Shown here piece after piece: positions 54,764 through 64,000 of a stretch of 64,000 bases of DNA. A program made the position numbers and the translations under genes. Source of the DNA: Candidatus Woesearchaeota archaeon (GTDB lineage: Archaea; Nanobdellota; Nanobdellia; Woesearchaeales; UBA583); contig CP060218.1 in assembly GCA_023898345.1 (NCBI GenBank), positions 1,087,926-1,151,925 of the forward strand, written 5' to 3'. The notes below the pieces were generated by a model. That model ran no database searches. It saw only the letters and a program-made list of their open reading frames with translations, and was not told where the DNA came from. Numbering within the stretch: position 1 is the stretch's first letter; every line of letters starts with the position of its first letter.

Positions 54764-55474
54764 GGGTTTTGTAAAGGGACCTCTTCCCGGAGCTTTTGGG
54801 CGTGTTCTGTTGCCAAAACTTTCGAAGTAAAGAAAATCATCAATTCTTCTATCAACATTTTTTGGTTTCTCACGAGCAAATCCTAGGGGAATAATAGCAT
54901 CAACAAAGCGTTCAGACCCCACCCCTAATTCGTCGTGAAGAACTTCGTTTTCAAAAGACTCTACCCAGCAAGCTCCGAGGCCGTAGAAGTGAGCCAGCAT
55001 AAGGATGTTCTCTGTCGCTGCTGCTGCGTTTTGAATAGAAAATTTTTCTCCTTCTCCTGGATATAAGTCTAAAAGAAAGGTGTCTCTTCGAACAACTGCT
55101 AGTACTATGGGCGCCTCACAAATCCAAGACTGCTGGGCACAGATCATAGAAATTTTTTTTATTTTCTCTTTATTTTGTATGGCAATAATATCTATGTTGC
55201 AAAGGTTACCTGCTAGCGGACCATGAAGCGCGGCGTCGATGATGTTATAGATAATTTTCCAATCGGGCATTTCAGGAGAGAAACGCCTTATACTCCGTCG
55301 TGTCTTGAAATATTCTAGTGCTTCATCTCCTTTTTTTATTCCTGTGCTCCTTTCTTCTGCTTCTTTGTCGAGTTCTGTCTTGTCTTTGTATGGAAGTTCT
55401 TCACCTTCTTTTTTTTTACTTGGTTCGTAGTAAGCTCCTCGTTTTGCCAGAAAATCCTTTATTTTTTCTCTCAT
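54758..55474 (-). CDS. Nitroreductase-family flavoprotein
   Basis: FKTRRSIRRFSPEMPDW...AQQSWICEAPIVLAVV...ENILMLAHFYGLGACWV is the typical nitroreductase fold signature (R-S-x-R-x-F N-terminal motif). Confidence 0.78.
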   Translation of the reverse strand: MREKIKDFLAKRGAYYEPSKKKEGEELPYKDKTELDKEAEERSTGIKKGDEALEYFKTRRSIRRFSPEMPDWKIIYNIIDAALHGPLAGNLCNIDIIAIQNKEKIKKISMICAQQSWICEAPIVLAVVRRDTFLLDLYPGEGEKFSIQNAAAATENILMLAHFYGLGACWVESFENEVLHDELGVGSERFVDAIIPLGFAREKPKNVDRRIDDFLYFESFGNRTRPKAPGRGPFTKPF

Positions 55475-55659
55475 GTTTTGTTTTTGAAGACTTTTTTTTA
55501 TAAGCTTATCTTCTTACCTTAAGCTTTCTCTTGGTGTGCTAAGACGTATTTATTGAACATCTCTCTTTTTGTCTCCTCTGCACTCACTCAGTTCGTTTGC
55601 TATAGATGAAAGATATTGAGAATGAAGGAAAACTCTCAAGGGACATAAGAAAAGTAGAC

Positions 55660-56019
55660 TTATTTTGTTAAAGTGAAATTTTGTACCTCGCAGGTATTTT
55701 GTATGGTGCAACATTCTAAGTCGACTCTGTACTCGCCTGATCCTTGTTCGGCTGCTGCAAGGCGAAAGCTTGTTCTGACGTCACTCCTATCTTTAAAGAA
55801 GGGCTCTTCAGCTCCATCGTAAAAGAACTCTGCTTCACAGCGTTTCCTTACGTCAAAAATTCCTGAAATTACGACATGTGTCCCATTCTCAATATAGGAA
55901 AACTTTGAGTTGTCTAGTTCTTCGTCAAAAAAGCTAACACTACTTACAATCTGGAAAATAACTGCTCCTCCTGCAAGGGCAATAATGACAAGTACAATTA
56001 TTTCTGCTAGTAATCTCAT
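55660..56019 (-). CDS. Small membrane-anchored protein downstream of the FlaJ-like gene (possible minor pilin or pilus accessory protein)
   Basis: 119 aa with N-terminal TM IIVLVIIALAGGAVIFQIV and 4 Cys. 3-nt gap from the FlaJ-like gene. Confidence 0.45.
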   Translation of the reverse strand: MRLLAEIIVLVIIALAGGAVIFQIVSSVSFFDEELDNSKFSYIENGTHVVISGIFDVRKRCEAEFFYDGAEEPFFKDRSDVRTSFRLAAAEQGSGEYRVDLECCTIQNTCEVQNFTLTK

Positions 56020-56022
56020 TTT

Positions 56023-57891
56023 CTACAGTGATATTCCCAGGGTGCTTTTGAACATTGTCATAAACACATAATAGCCTCCGAAAAGACAGAGTGTGAAAAT
56101 GATGAATCCTAATTGCGATCCTTTTATTGCTTCTACAATTTTGAAGACGGAATAGCCATCTTTGATAGTTGCTTTCATCATACCTAAGATGATAATAATT
56201 TCAACAAGGTAAAATCCGATAATAAGTTCAAGATAAACAGGGGAGATAATTTCTTCGATATTAATTAATTCAAGAGTAATTCTTTGACCTGCGTTTCCCA
56301 GATTTGCAATAGTTTCTAATTGTTCCGAGAGAAATTTGATGAATTGAACTACAAAAAGAGACATAATAATTGCAAGAGCACTCAGAAGAGGAGCAAGCAT
56401 GGAAATTGTTGTTGAAATAAGTCCTAATGAAGGATTAAGCATGGTAAGGATGTAGTCATTTAGTTTTACGATTTCAACTCTTTGGGAACGAATTTTCTTT
56501 GCAACTTTTGATGCTTCTTTTAATGAAAATTCTCCAAATGCTACTATCTGTTCTAATATCTCATTAAAACTTAAAATGGAAGAAATTTTCTTTAGGTCTA
56601 TTTTGATGAAGCTTTTTAGGTTTGTCTTGAGGTGAGCGAGTTTAAATGAGATTTCATTGAGCAAGGCAACACTTGGATGTTTCTGAAAACCGTGTCTTGT
56701 ATAATCATTTGTTACTTCTTTGAAAATATTTTCCATTGGAACGCTTAATGTTAAGTAAGTAGAAAAATAATTAAGAAGGTGTGGAAGGTCTTCTTCAACT
56801 TGTCTGTAATTTTCATAAAGGGCCCTATTTCTTCGGCAGTACATGCTTCCCAAGATGAAAATTGAGAGAGAAACTCCGGCTGGTATGAGCCAAACATAAA
56901 AGACTGTTGCTAGGTTGAAAGAATCGTAGGAAACGTGAGATGGATCGTGCTGTATGAGATAGATTGTCGATGGAACGAGGAAAAGTAAAAGAACAACCCC
57001 TCCTATAATGTAATGTAATTTTGTTAGGGGTTTGTATTCTTTTGCTGAACTTATGTCAATACTGGAGAGTTGAAGACGTTTTGCAGCAAAATTTAGGGTT
57101 CCCACGAATAAGAATGCTGGAAGAAGAATATTGAAACCAAAAAAAAGAATGCTTGCTTTGATGAAGTCTGGCAGAAAAACGGACACCATAGGGACAAGCA
57201 TAAGAAACATTACGGGAAACATAATTCCAATGGTGATGACTTTACTAATGCTCTCCGACAGAAGTTCGGATTGTCTTTTTTGCTCTATGTTGTAGGTTAG
57301 CATGATCTGAGAGATAGATTCTTCCATAATTTCTTCAGCTTCTCTTCCACTTGAAAGTGCTGCAACTTCTAATAATTTTAATGAGTCTACAAATTCTGGT
57401 GAATATTGATTCCAAATGGTAGAGTACTCACGAAAAGCTTCTCCCAAATTAATGTATTCTTTTCTTTCTAAGCGCAGAAGAATATCTTGAAATTGAACTC
57501 TTAGAATTCCCTTTGTGTTTGCAAGTGAATTGTACAGTGCGTGCTCCATGTTTGATTTCATGGAAAGATAGGTTGTGAAACGCATGATGGTATTGAGCAT
57601 TTCTTGTTTGTACTCCATAATTCGAGTGAGTTTATAGATGTGTACGGGGTAAATGTATGTTATGGCTGCTGCTATGAGTCCAAAAAAAACACAGGTCGTA
57701 AAAAGAATTTCTGCTGTAAAGACTTGCTCAAGGACCATCCCAATAAGTGCTGACCCTAAGAAAAGGAGGAGTGAGGTATTGATAATTGTCGACGCTTTGT
57801 ATGGAAAGAGAGTAAACTTCAAACTTGCGTCCATAGTTTCCATTGTGTAGCGCAGCGGCAGCGCTTCTCCCAAATCATATATGCTTTTCAT
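56023..57891 (-). CDS. FlaJ/TadC-like polytopic membrane platform protein (T2SS-F domains) of a type IV pilus system
   Basis: 622 aa with about 9 TM helices in two clusters separated by cytoplasmic domains. Overlaps the upstream ATPase gene by 17 nt. Confidence 0.8.
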   Translation of the reverse strand: MKSIYDLGEALPLRYTMETMDASLKFTLFPYKASTIINTSLLLFLGSALIGMVLEQVFTAEILFTTCVFFGLIAAAITYIYPVHIYKLTRIMEYKQEMLNTIMRFTTYLSMKSNMEHALYNSLANTKGILRVQFQDILLRLERKEYINLGEAFREYSTIWNQYSPEFVDSLKLLEVAALSSGREAEEIMEESISQIMLTYNIEQKRQSELLSESISKVITIGIMFPVMFLMLVPMVSVFLPDFIKASILFFGFNILLPAFLFVGTLNFAAKRLQLSSIDISSAKEYKPLTKLHYIIGGVVLLLFLVPSTIYLIQHDPSHVSYDSFNLATVFYVWLIPAGVSLSIFILGSMYCRRNRALYENYRQVEEDLPHLLNYFSTYLTLSVPMENIFKEVTNDYTRHGFQKHPSVALLNEISFKLAHLKTNLKSFIKIDLKKISSILSFNEILEQIVAFGEFSLKEASKVAKKIRSQRVEIVKLNDYILTMLNPSLGLISTTISMLAPLLSALAIIMSLFVVQFIKFLSEQLETIANLGNAGQRITLELINIEEIISPVYLELIIGFYLVEIIIILGMMKATIKDGYSVFKIVEAIKGSQLGFIIFTLCLFGGYYVFMTMFKSTLGISL

Positions 57892-59599
57892 TTAGATACC
57901 GTTTTACCATTTGCTCGTACTCTTGGTATAAATTACGAATGGCAGCTTTGTTTGAAAAATCTGTTATGTTGCGATATAATTTCAAGAACATCGTCGACAA
58001 AGCTTTTGTATGCTCGGCTTCTAAAAATTCAGTTTTCTTTCCTACTGCATTAAGAATGATATTTTTAATTGTTGAACGAAGTTCAATATCTGTTATAACA
58101 TCACTCATGTTCTTATATGTACGTGTGTTTTTGAGAAGTTCTTTGAGAACAATACTTTTTCCTTCTTTGAGAACTTGCGTTGGTTCTAGATCGTCGGTGT
58201 CGGGATTGTACTGGAAAAGTGTCTGAAACTGCGGCTCGTCCTCCCAATCCTTGAGAACTTCAACTACTCCTACAACTCTTCTTACTTTTCGTGATCCTGA
58301 TGCGTCTTTAATTAAGTTTATGAGCACAATAAAATCGGTTACTTTGAAGGAACCTTTTGTAACTCCTAAATCGTTGACAACACGATCGTACACACCGTAG
58401 GCGGTATCTGCGTGAATGGTTCCTGTTACAACATTACTCATTGCTCCGACACGCATAGCTTCGTACAAAACTTTAGCTTCTTTTCCACGAATTTCCCCTA
58501 GGATCAAACAAGAATCTCCAAGACGCAGAGTTGTTCGTAGTCCTTTTTCGAAATCAATTTCCATTCCTTCATCCATAAGAGCTGAACGAACTTTAAGTGA
58601 AAGGATATCATAACCTAGTTTTTTGAAGGTCTCAATAGGAATTTCTTGTGTATCTTCAATGGTAACTAATCTGTCGTTTGTTGGAATTTCAAGCAAGGAT
58701 GCTCCCATAAGTGAAGTTTTTCCTGAACCTCTTGGTCCTGCCATTATGTAGGATCTTCCGTGAGCAATGACGAGGCTCATGAATCCAGAGAAGAGGGCGT
58801 TGATTGTTTTGTTGTACATAAAAAGTTCAAGTGTCCAAGGCTTCTCTCTGTGTTTACGCAAGGAAAAACCTGGTCCAAAAATAGAGAAAGGGTCGACAAC
58901 AACTGCAACACGAGCTTTAATTCCTCCTACAATAACTTCGGTATCCAGTTCTGGTGAGACCTTGTTGAGTGGACGCCCAGATTTCATTTTTAGACGTGTT
59001 ACAAAATAGTCCAGAAAACTTTGAGAAGGGTATATGTTTGTTACGCACTCCCCATATTTTTCATGGATGATACGAATTGGAGTATTAAAACCTGGAGGGT
59101 TAATGTTTACTTCTAAAACATTTTTGTCTTTGAGAAGATACTCCAAAATTCCAAATTCTTTGTACCAACGCTGGATTATTTTATTTTTTGTCTCTCCAGT
59201 TTCTTCGTACACCTTTGCATCTTTGTAAATATTTTTTATCATCTGCAAAGAAAAATAATACTCTTCAATGGTAATCTCGTAAAAATTTTCAATAATATCT
59301 TTTACATCAAGAACTCGCACAATGATGCCTCCGTCACGGTAGTTGTCAATAGCACTAAAAATTTTGTGCGGATTGTAGAGACTAACATCAACAAAAAAGG
59401 GTTCTACACTTATGAGGCGGAAATCACTGTCGTACTGCTTGGTAAGGTATTTTGTTCGTACGATGAGTCGCTCAAAATTATATCTGGAATATTTCTTTTT
59501 GAATTCGGGGTCTATTGGAGAACTTAGAGTTGGAGTGCTTCGCAAATCTAATTCTAAAACTCCATTTTGAAAATTTTCGTTTGGATCGTTTGTCTCCAT
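57875..59599 (-). CDS. FlaI/PilB-like type IV pilus assembly ATPase
   Basis: Walker A MAGPRGSGKTSLMG, plus ...RLGDSCLILGEIRGKEAKVLYEAMRVGAMSNVVTGTIHADTAYGVYDRVVNDL. 574 aa. Confidence 0.88.
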   Translation of the reverse strand: METNDPNENFQNGVLELDLRSTPTLSSPIDPEFKKKYSRYNFERLIVRTKYLTKQYDSDFRLISVEPFFVDVSLYNPHKIFSAIDNYRDGGIIVRVLDVKDIIENFYEITIEEYYFSLQMIKNIYKDAKVYEETGETKNKIIQRWYKEFGILEYLLKDKNVLEVNINPPGFNTPIRIIHEKYGECVTNIYPSQSFLDYFVTRLKMKSGRPLNKVSPELDTEVIVGGIKARVAVVVDPFSIFGPGFSLRKHREKPWTLELFMYNKTINALFSGFMSLVIAHGRSYIMAGPRGSGKTSLMGASLLEIPTNDRLVTIEDTQEIPIETFKKLGYDILSLKVRSALMDEGMEIDFEKGLRTTLRLGDSCLILGEIRGKEAKVLYEAMRVGAMSNVVTGTIHADTAYGVYDRVVNDLGVTKGSFKVTDFIVLINLIKDASGSRKVRRVVGVVEVLKDWEDEPQFQTLFQYNPDTDDLEPTQVLKEGKSIVLKELLKNTRTYKNMSDVITDIELRSTIKNIILNAVGKKTEFLEAEHTKALSTMFLKLYRNITDFSNKAAIRNLYQEYEQMVKRYLNEKHI

Positions 59600-59786
59600 T
59601 TTCTTCCTATATCTTAATAATTTTTGGAAGCTTTGTTTTTAATGACTTTGTAAAAACTTGGAAGTAATAAGAAGAACGAAAATAGTGCTCCACAGAAGTT
59701 TTTACCTTCGAGAACACTATCTAGCAAACAAACGGGGTGAGTAGAGAGGAGACAAAAAGAAGTACTTTTGTGAATGAGCATATATT

Positions 59787-60536
59787 TCAAGTAGTAAAGG
59801 TTTTCAGATCAATGTTCAAAAAATCATAGATCTTTTTTTCTTCTAAGTCATAATAAGAATTTTCATACTTGTTTTCAGGATTAGACAATTTGAAAGGGTT
59901 TATTTGAAAGAGATAGATTTCAGAGTACAAAGTTTTTCCCGGATAGCAAAATAATTTCCATTTTTCTTTTCCTTGAACAAAATCGTTGTGAAGTGCAATT
60001 CTTCCCTTTGCTACTAAGTAAATGAGCAAGATTTCTTCCAAGAAAAAAAGTTTTTGATTTTCGGTTAGTTCTACTCCGCAATCTATAGCATCTTTCTTAA
60101 GGTATTGTCTAAAGAGTTCGTCTGTTTCATAGAGTTTTTTTAGCTTTCCAAGATATGCCGGAAACTCTTTTGCTTCCAGTATAAACTGTCCCCAAGTCAT
60201 AAATGCTACTGCGCTTTGTACATACCATTTGTGTTTGTTGAGTATTTTTTGAAATTCATTTTTGTGCGCTATCATAAGAGCCTGAAACTTATTCTTGAGG
60301 GCCAGAGCTTGTTCGTCTGAGTTGAAGTATAAATAATCAGAATAGATAAAATTTAAACCAACATGCGGTTTTTCAATCTTGCAAACTAAGTGTTCTATAT
60401 ACTCAAAGCATTTCTTGGCTGATTGGGAGTTTGAAATTTTACTCATGGAGATTCCAAAAAGTAAGAGTCCCGTTTCAGCTGGAAATTTGTTGATGTCATG
60501 GAATTGATGTTTTTCGGGAGCTTTGGTTTTTTTCAT
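59787..60536 (-). CDS. Hypothetical protein, adjacent to and co-oriented with the GH15 gene
   Basis: 249-aa ORF; no motif recognised. Confidence 0.5.
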   Translation of the reverse strand: MKKTKAPEKHQFHDINKFPAETGLLLFGISMSKISNSQSAKKCFEYIEHLVCKIEKPHVGLNFIYSDYLYFNSDEQALALKNKFQALMIAHKNEFQKILNKHKWYVQSAVAFMTWGQFILEAKEFPAYLGKLKKLYETDELFRQYLKKDAIDCGVELTENQKLFFLEEILLIYLVAKGRIALHNDFVQGKEKWKLFCYPGKTLYSEIYLFQINPFKLSNPENKYENSYYDLEEKKIYDFLNIDLKTFTT

Positions 60537-60563
60537 CTCTTCTTTTCTTTCTCCCTTGGAATG

Positions 60564-62414
60564 TTAATCCCTTGTTGTCTTTTTCTTTAATGTGTTTACT
60601 CTGTACTTTGCTTGTTCTGGTTTGAGGTCTTTCTTCTTGCTGAGCAAAATTGCAGTATTAATAATTGCGATGTGTGTGTATGCTTGGGGAAAATTTCCTG
60701 TCAGTTCTTTTGTGTGCAGGTCGATGTCTTCGGAGAAGAGTCCGTTTGCGTTTGCGTACTGCAAGATATGACGGAAAAGTGTTTTTGCTTTTGTTTCTTG
60801 ACCGCTCATGTACAATGCATCAATGTACCAGAATGTACAAATAGAAAAAGCATTTTCTGTTTTTCCTGAGTCGTCAATGATGGTGTATCGCTTCATCATA
60901 CAGTCAGATAAGAGTTCTCTTTCCATTGCTTCAAGAGTTGAAATCATTTTTGGATCTTTTCCTGAAATGAAATTGTAGTAGGGCATGAGAAGAACGGACG
61001 CGTCCAGATCTGTACTTCCGTAGTACATGGTGAAAGCTTGCTTTTCTTCGTTGTACGCATTTTCCATGATGGAATTTCGTATTTCTGTTCTTAGGTTCTT
61101 CCATCTTTCTATATCCATATCTGTTTTCTCAAAGTGCTGGGAAAGCTTTATTGCTTTGTCGATTGCAACCCAACAGAGAAGTTTTGAAAAGGTGAAGTGT
61201 TCGAGTTTTCCTCTGAATTCCCAGATTCCACAATCTTTGTCCATCCAATGTTCTTCTACATAGTCCACAAGAGATTTGACAATTTCCCAAATTTGTGAGT
61301 CGAGTTCTTTTGCATATTTGTAACGTACATAGAATTCGTACAGGGAGTCAATCACTTCTCCGACAACGTCAATTTGTTTTTGAGAGAAGGCTTCGTTTCC
61401 GATTCGTACTGGAACGGATTGTTTGTATCCTTTCAGGTGCCAAAGCTCTTCTTCTTGTACGTAGCGTTCTCCGTTTATTCCATACATGATTTTCAAATCA
61501 AGTTTTCCGTCGACATAATGTTTGGGGTCGAAGACTTTGTTTTTCAGAAAGTTCATGTAATTTACTGCTTCTTCAAATTTGTACACGCGCGTCAAAGCGT
61601 TAATGGTAAAGGAGCTGTCTCGGAGCCAACAGTATCTGTAATCCCAATTTCTTTGCGAACCGATTGCTTCGGGAAGGGATGTTGTTGCTGCTGCTATGAC
61701 GGCGCCTGTTTCTTCGTATGTTAAAAGTTTGAGAGTGAGGACAGAGCGTTTGATGCTTACTTGGTATTGTTTTGGAATGGTGATGTCTTTGATGTACTGT
61801 TTCCAGTAATCTGTTGTTTTTTTCATATAATCTCTGATGTCACGAAGGCGCAACTTCTCAAAAGATTCATTGTAACTCACAGCGCAAAAATATTCGCCTT
61901 CGATGATTTGTCGTTTTGACTGTACTAGGTCTTTTGTTGAAAGATTTGTCGTGAGGTGAACTGTGTCTCCTGATTTGTTACTGACGGAAATTGTCGTGTC
62001 TGTTGTCTCAATATTATTTTTTCCTCTGGCGTAATCAGGTTTAGGTTTGAAGACGATTCGTACTGCTGGTTTTCCGTAGAGCACTTTGATGTATCGTACA
62101 AGAATGTTTTTTACAACGACGTTCCCGTTCTTATCTTTGTACCGGGGGAAAAAGTCAACTATTTTGAAACTGTGGTGTTCATTGTAAAAGACTGTTTCGA
62201 CGACGTTTGTGTCTTTGAGGTACTGCTGTTTGCTATAATAGAAACCAATCCCTAAGGGATATATTGCAAATACGCCTCCGAGTTCATCATCAAGAAGAGA
62301 TGCAAAAACAGAGGGGGAATCGAAGTTCGGAAAGCAAAGCCAACGCACACTTGCATCTTTGTCGATGAGGGCCGCTGTTTTACAGTTCCCTATAATGGAA
62401 TAATCTAATGACAT
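60564..62414 (-). CDS. Glycoside hydrolase family 15 (glucoamylase / glucodextranase / archaeal trehalase-like)
   Basis: The N-terminus MSLDYSIIGNCKTAALIDKDASVRWLCFPNFDSPSVFASLLD matches the conserved GH15 N-terminal domain. 616 aa with an (alpha/alpha)6-type C-terminal region. Confidence 0.88.
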   Translation of the reverse strand: MSLDYSIIGNCKTAALIDKDASVRWLCFPNFDSPSVFASLLDDELGGVFAIYPLGIGFYYSKQQYLKDTNVVETVFYNEHHSFKIVDFFPRYKDKNGNVVVKNILVRYIKVLYGKPAVRIVFKPKPDYARGKNNIETTDTTISVSNKSGDTVHLTTNLSTKDLVQSKRQIIEGEYFCAVSYNESFEKLRLRDIRDYMKKTTDYWKQYIKDITIPKQYQVSIKRSVLTLKLLTYEETGAVIAAATTSLPEAIGSQRNWDYRYCWLRDSSFTINALTRVYKFEEAVNYMNFLKNKVFDPKHYVDGKLDLKIMYGINGERYVQEEELWHLKGYKQSVPVRIGNEAFSQKQIDVVGEVIDSLYEFYVRYKYAKELDSQIWEIVKSLVDYVEEHWMDKDCGIWEFRGKLEHFTFSKLLCWVAIDKAIKLSQHFEKTDMDIERWKNLRTEIRNSIMENAYNEEKQAFTMYYGSTDLDASVLLMPYYNFISGKDPKMISTLEAMERELLSDCMMKRYTIIDDSGKTENAFSICTFWYIDALYMSGQETKAKTLFRHILQYANANGLFSEDIDLHTKELTGNFPQAYTHIAIINTAILLSKKKDLKPEQAKYRVNTLKKKTTRD

Positions 62415-62513
62415 GATGTTGGTTGTTCACACTTTCTATTTAAGTTTTCTTTTTTTCTCTTCCATGACAGCAAACAGTTTTTGCTTTCTTAGAGTTTGTA
62501 TTGTAGCTTTCTA

Positions 62514-63191
62514 TTATTCTAGTTTCTCTACTTGAAAAACTAAGGCATGTGCAAAGCCTACGCTTCCTGAAATTTCATAAAGATGTTCAAGAGTAAATTT
62601 TTTCTCTATGATATCAATGTATGTTTCAACAGGATTGTGATAGTCAAGGATTCCAACATCTGCATACTTTTTTCCATCCCATAATAAAACCTTAAAGGAA
62701 AGATCTTTTTTTTCGTACTCATACGTTTGAGAAAAAATAATCTTGTATCCAGGTAAATCTGTTCTGTGTCTCATACGTGGATTTGTAAGTGAAAAATATA
62801 ATTTTCCAGTATCTTTTAGAAGAGTATGGCAGTTTTTGAAAGCTTTTTCTAAGTCTTCTGTTTTCATTTCACTAAAGACATAATTGGCAACAATGAAATC
62901 AAAGAAGTGCTCGTATTTCTGCATAAATACAAAAGTTGGATTGCAGATATCTTCTCGAAAAACATTTCTCTTGGCATTCTGTGCATGTTCTACCATCTCC
63001 TTGTTCCAATCTATTCCCCAAGAACTTCCTCTTGGATATCTATCTAGCATTTCACCACTTCCAAAACCAACTTCTAAAAGTTTTGGATCTTCGTGTTTTT
63101 CCCATTCTGCTTCTATGAGGCGGTGCATTTGATTGTTAACTTCTTCTTTTGGACCCTCTTTCGTTGTAATATATTCTTTTGCATTTTCCAT
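62514..63191 (-). CDS. Class I SAM-dependent methyltransferase
   Basis: Motif I LEVGFGSGEMLD and motif II/III spacing. 225 aa. Confidence 0.72.
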   Translation of the reverse strand: MENAKEYITTKEGPKEEVNNQMHRLIEAEWEKHEDPKLLEVGFGSGEMLDRYPRGSSWGIDWNKEMVEHAQNAKRNVFREDICNPTFVFMQKYEHFFDFIVANYVFSEMKTEDLEKAFKNCHTLLKDTGKLYFSLTNPRMRHRTDLPGYKIIFSQTYEYEKKDLSFKVLLWDGKKYADVGILDYHNPVETYIDIIEKKFTLEHLYEISGSVGFAHALVFQVEKLE

Positions 63192-63238
63192 TCTCTGTGA
63201 GAAGAAAAGTTTAAAGATAAAGATAGGTTGTCATATTT

Positions 63239-63992
63239 GTGACTACTGGAGATAAGGTCTTACTAAGTTATGGGCTCAGCAAAAATGAAACAACTGTTTT
63301 TCTTTCATTAGTAGATTTAGGTGGGGCTTTTGCAAAGGACCTCATTCAAAAAACAAAATTTCACAAAAATATTGTTTATGAAAATCTTTACAAACTTATT
63401 GAAAAGGGTCTTGTTTCAGAAATTCTTCTTGAAAATAAAAAATATTTTTATTGTGAATCTCCTCAGGTCATTGATGAATATGTTAAAAAAAAAACAAGAG
63501 GAGTTTCAAGGATTTGAAAAAGAACTTACCCACTTAAAGGAAAAGATAAAACAAACTCACAGACAAGAAACAAAAAAATCCTTTGCTAGAATGTTCACGG
63601 GCATAGAGGGAGTAAAACAAATTTTCAGGCATGAACTTGAGCTTGGAAAGAATTATTTAGTGATAGGAGCTCCAAAAGAATCTCTGGATTCTCTTGGAAT
63701 GATATTTTGGAAAAATTTTCTCACAAAACAAAAGAGTAAAGGAATGAAGGGAAGGTTAATCTTCAACGATTCTTTAAGGGAGTATGCTAAGGAAATTGAA
63801 AACCCTCAACTCAATACCATTCGTTTTCTTAAGGATGCTTTTGAACCTCTAACTGAAATTATTATTTATGATAGGTATGTGGCAACGATCATTTGGTCTC
63901 AAGAAGTTTTAGCTACTCTTATTGAAAGTGAAGAGGTAGCTAAGAGTTATACAAAATACTTTGAACTCCTTTGGAAGCAAACTTTGAAATGA
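63239..63992 (+). CDS. TrmB-family sugar-responsive transcriptional regulator, interrupted by a frameshift in an A10 homopolymer (63239..63517 plus 63321..63992 frames)
   Basis: N-terminal wHTH LSLVDLGGAFAKDLIQKTKFHKNIVYENLYKLIEKGLVSEI (TrmB-type). The downstream frame encodes the effector-domain-like remainder. The frames switch at gttaaaaaaaaaacaagagg (~63484..63496). Confidence 0.6.
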
Positions 63993-64000
63993 TGGGCAAA

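Overview
The window is low-GC (~35%), gene-dense archaeal DNA. Archaeal markers are A/V-type ATPase subunits H and I, RadA, Bud32 (KEOPS), AlaX, two tandem-domain Lrp/AsnC regulators, a TrmB-like regulator, FlaI/FlaJ-type pilus machinery, and several proteins with archaeal class III (prepilin) signal peptides of the 'KKAISPIIAT' type. The accessory-gene load resembles a small-genome DPANN-like or similar surface-associated archaeon. Housekeeping genes present are ugd, gatB, a Ham1/ITPase, radA, rfbB, a monothiol glutaredoxin, bolA, an SPFH protein, a nitroreductase, a GH15 glucoamylase/trehalase-like enzyme and a tRNA-Thr(CGU). Most of the window encodes cell-surface and accessory functions. 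These include two giant glycoprotein/adhesin genes (1059 and about 1757 aa), three large pilin-like proteins with beta-helix or SBBP beta-propeller domains (one disrupted by an IS481-family IS), two FlaI-like ATPases with a FlaJ-like platform protein, a split RND-superfamily exporter with a CARDB protein, and an S8 subtilase with duplicated LamG domains. The features I consider most novel are listed below.
- A dispersed, structured ~75-145 bp repeat family with 11 copies or fragments in 64 kb. Most copies sit just upstream of genes in sense orientation, and long and short forms are related by a deletion between 13-bp direct repeats.
- An array of paralogous small Cys-rich secreted-protein genes interleaved with ~200-bp internal fragments of the adjacent subtilase gene. 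One paralog carries a clean in-frame TAG insertion.
- A ~110-bp tandem duplication that carries the promoter and signal peptide of two diverged small secreted proteins.
- Near-identical intragenic 123-bp tandem repeats in a pilin-like adhesin.
All calls come from reading the sequence and ORF translations only. No database searches were run, and manually counted coordinates may be off by 1-2 nt.
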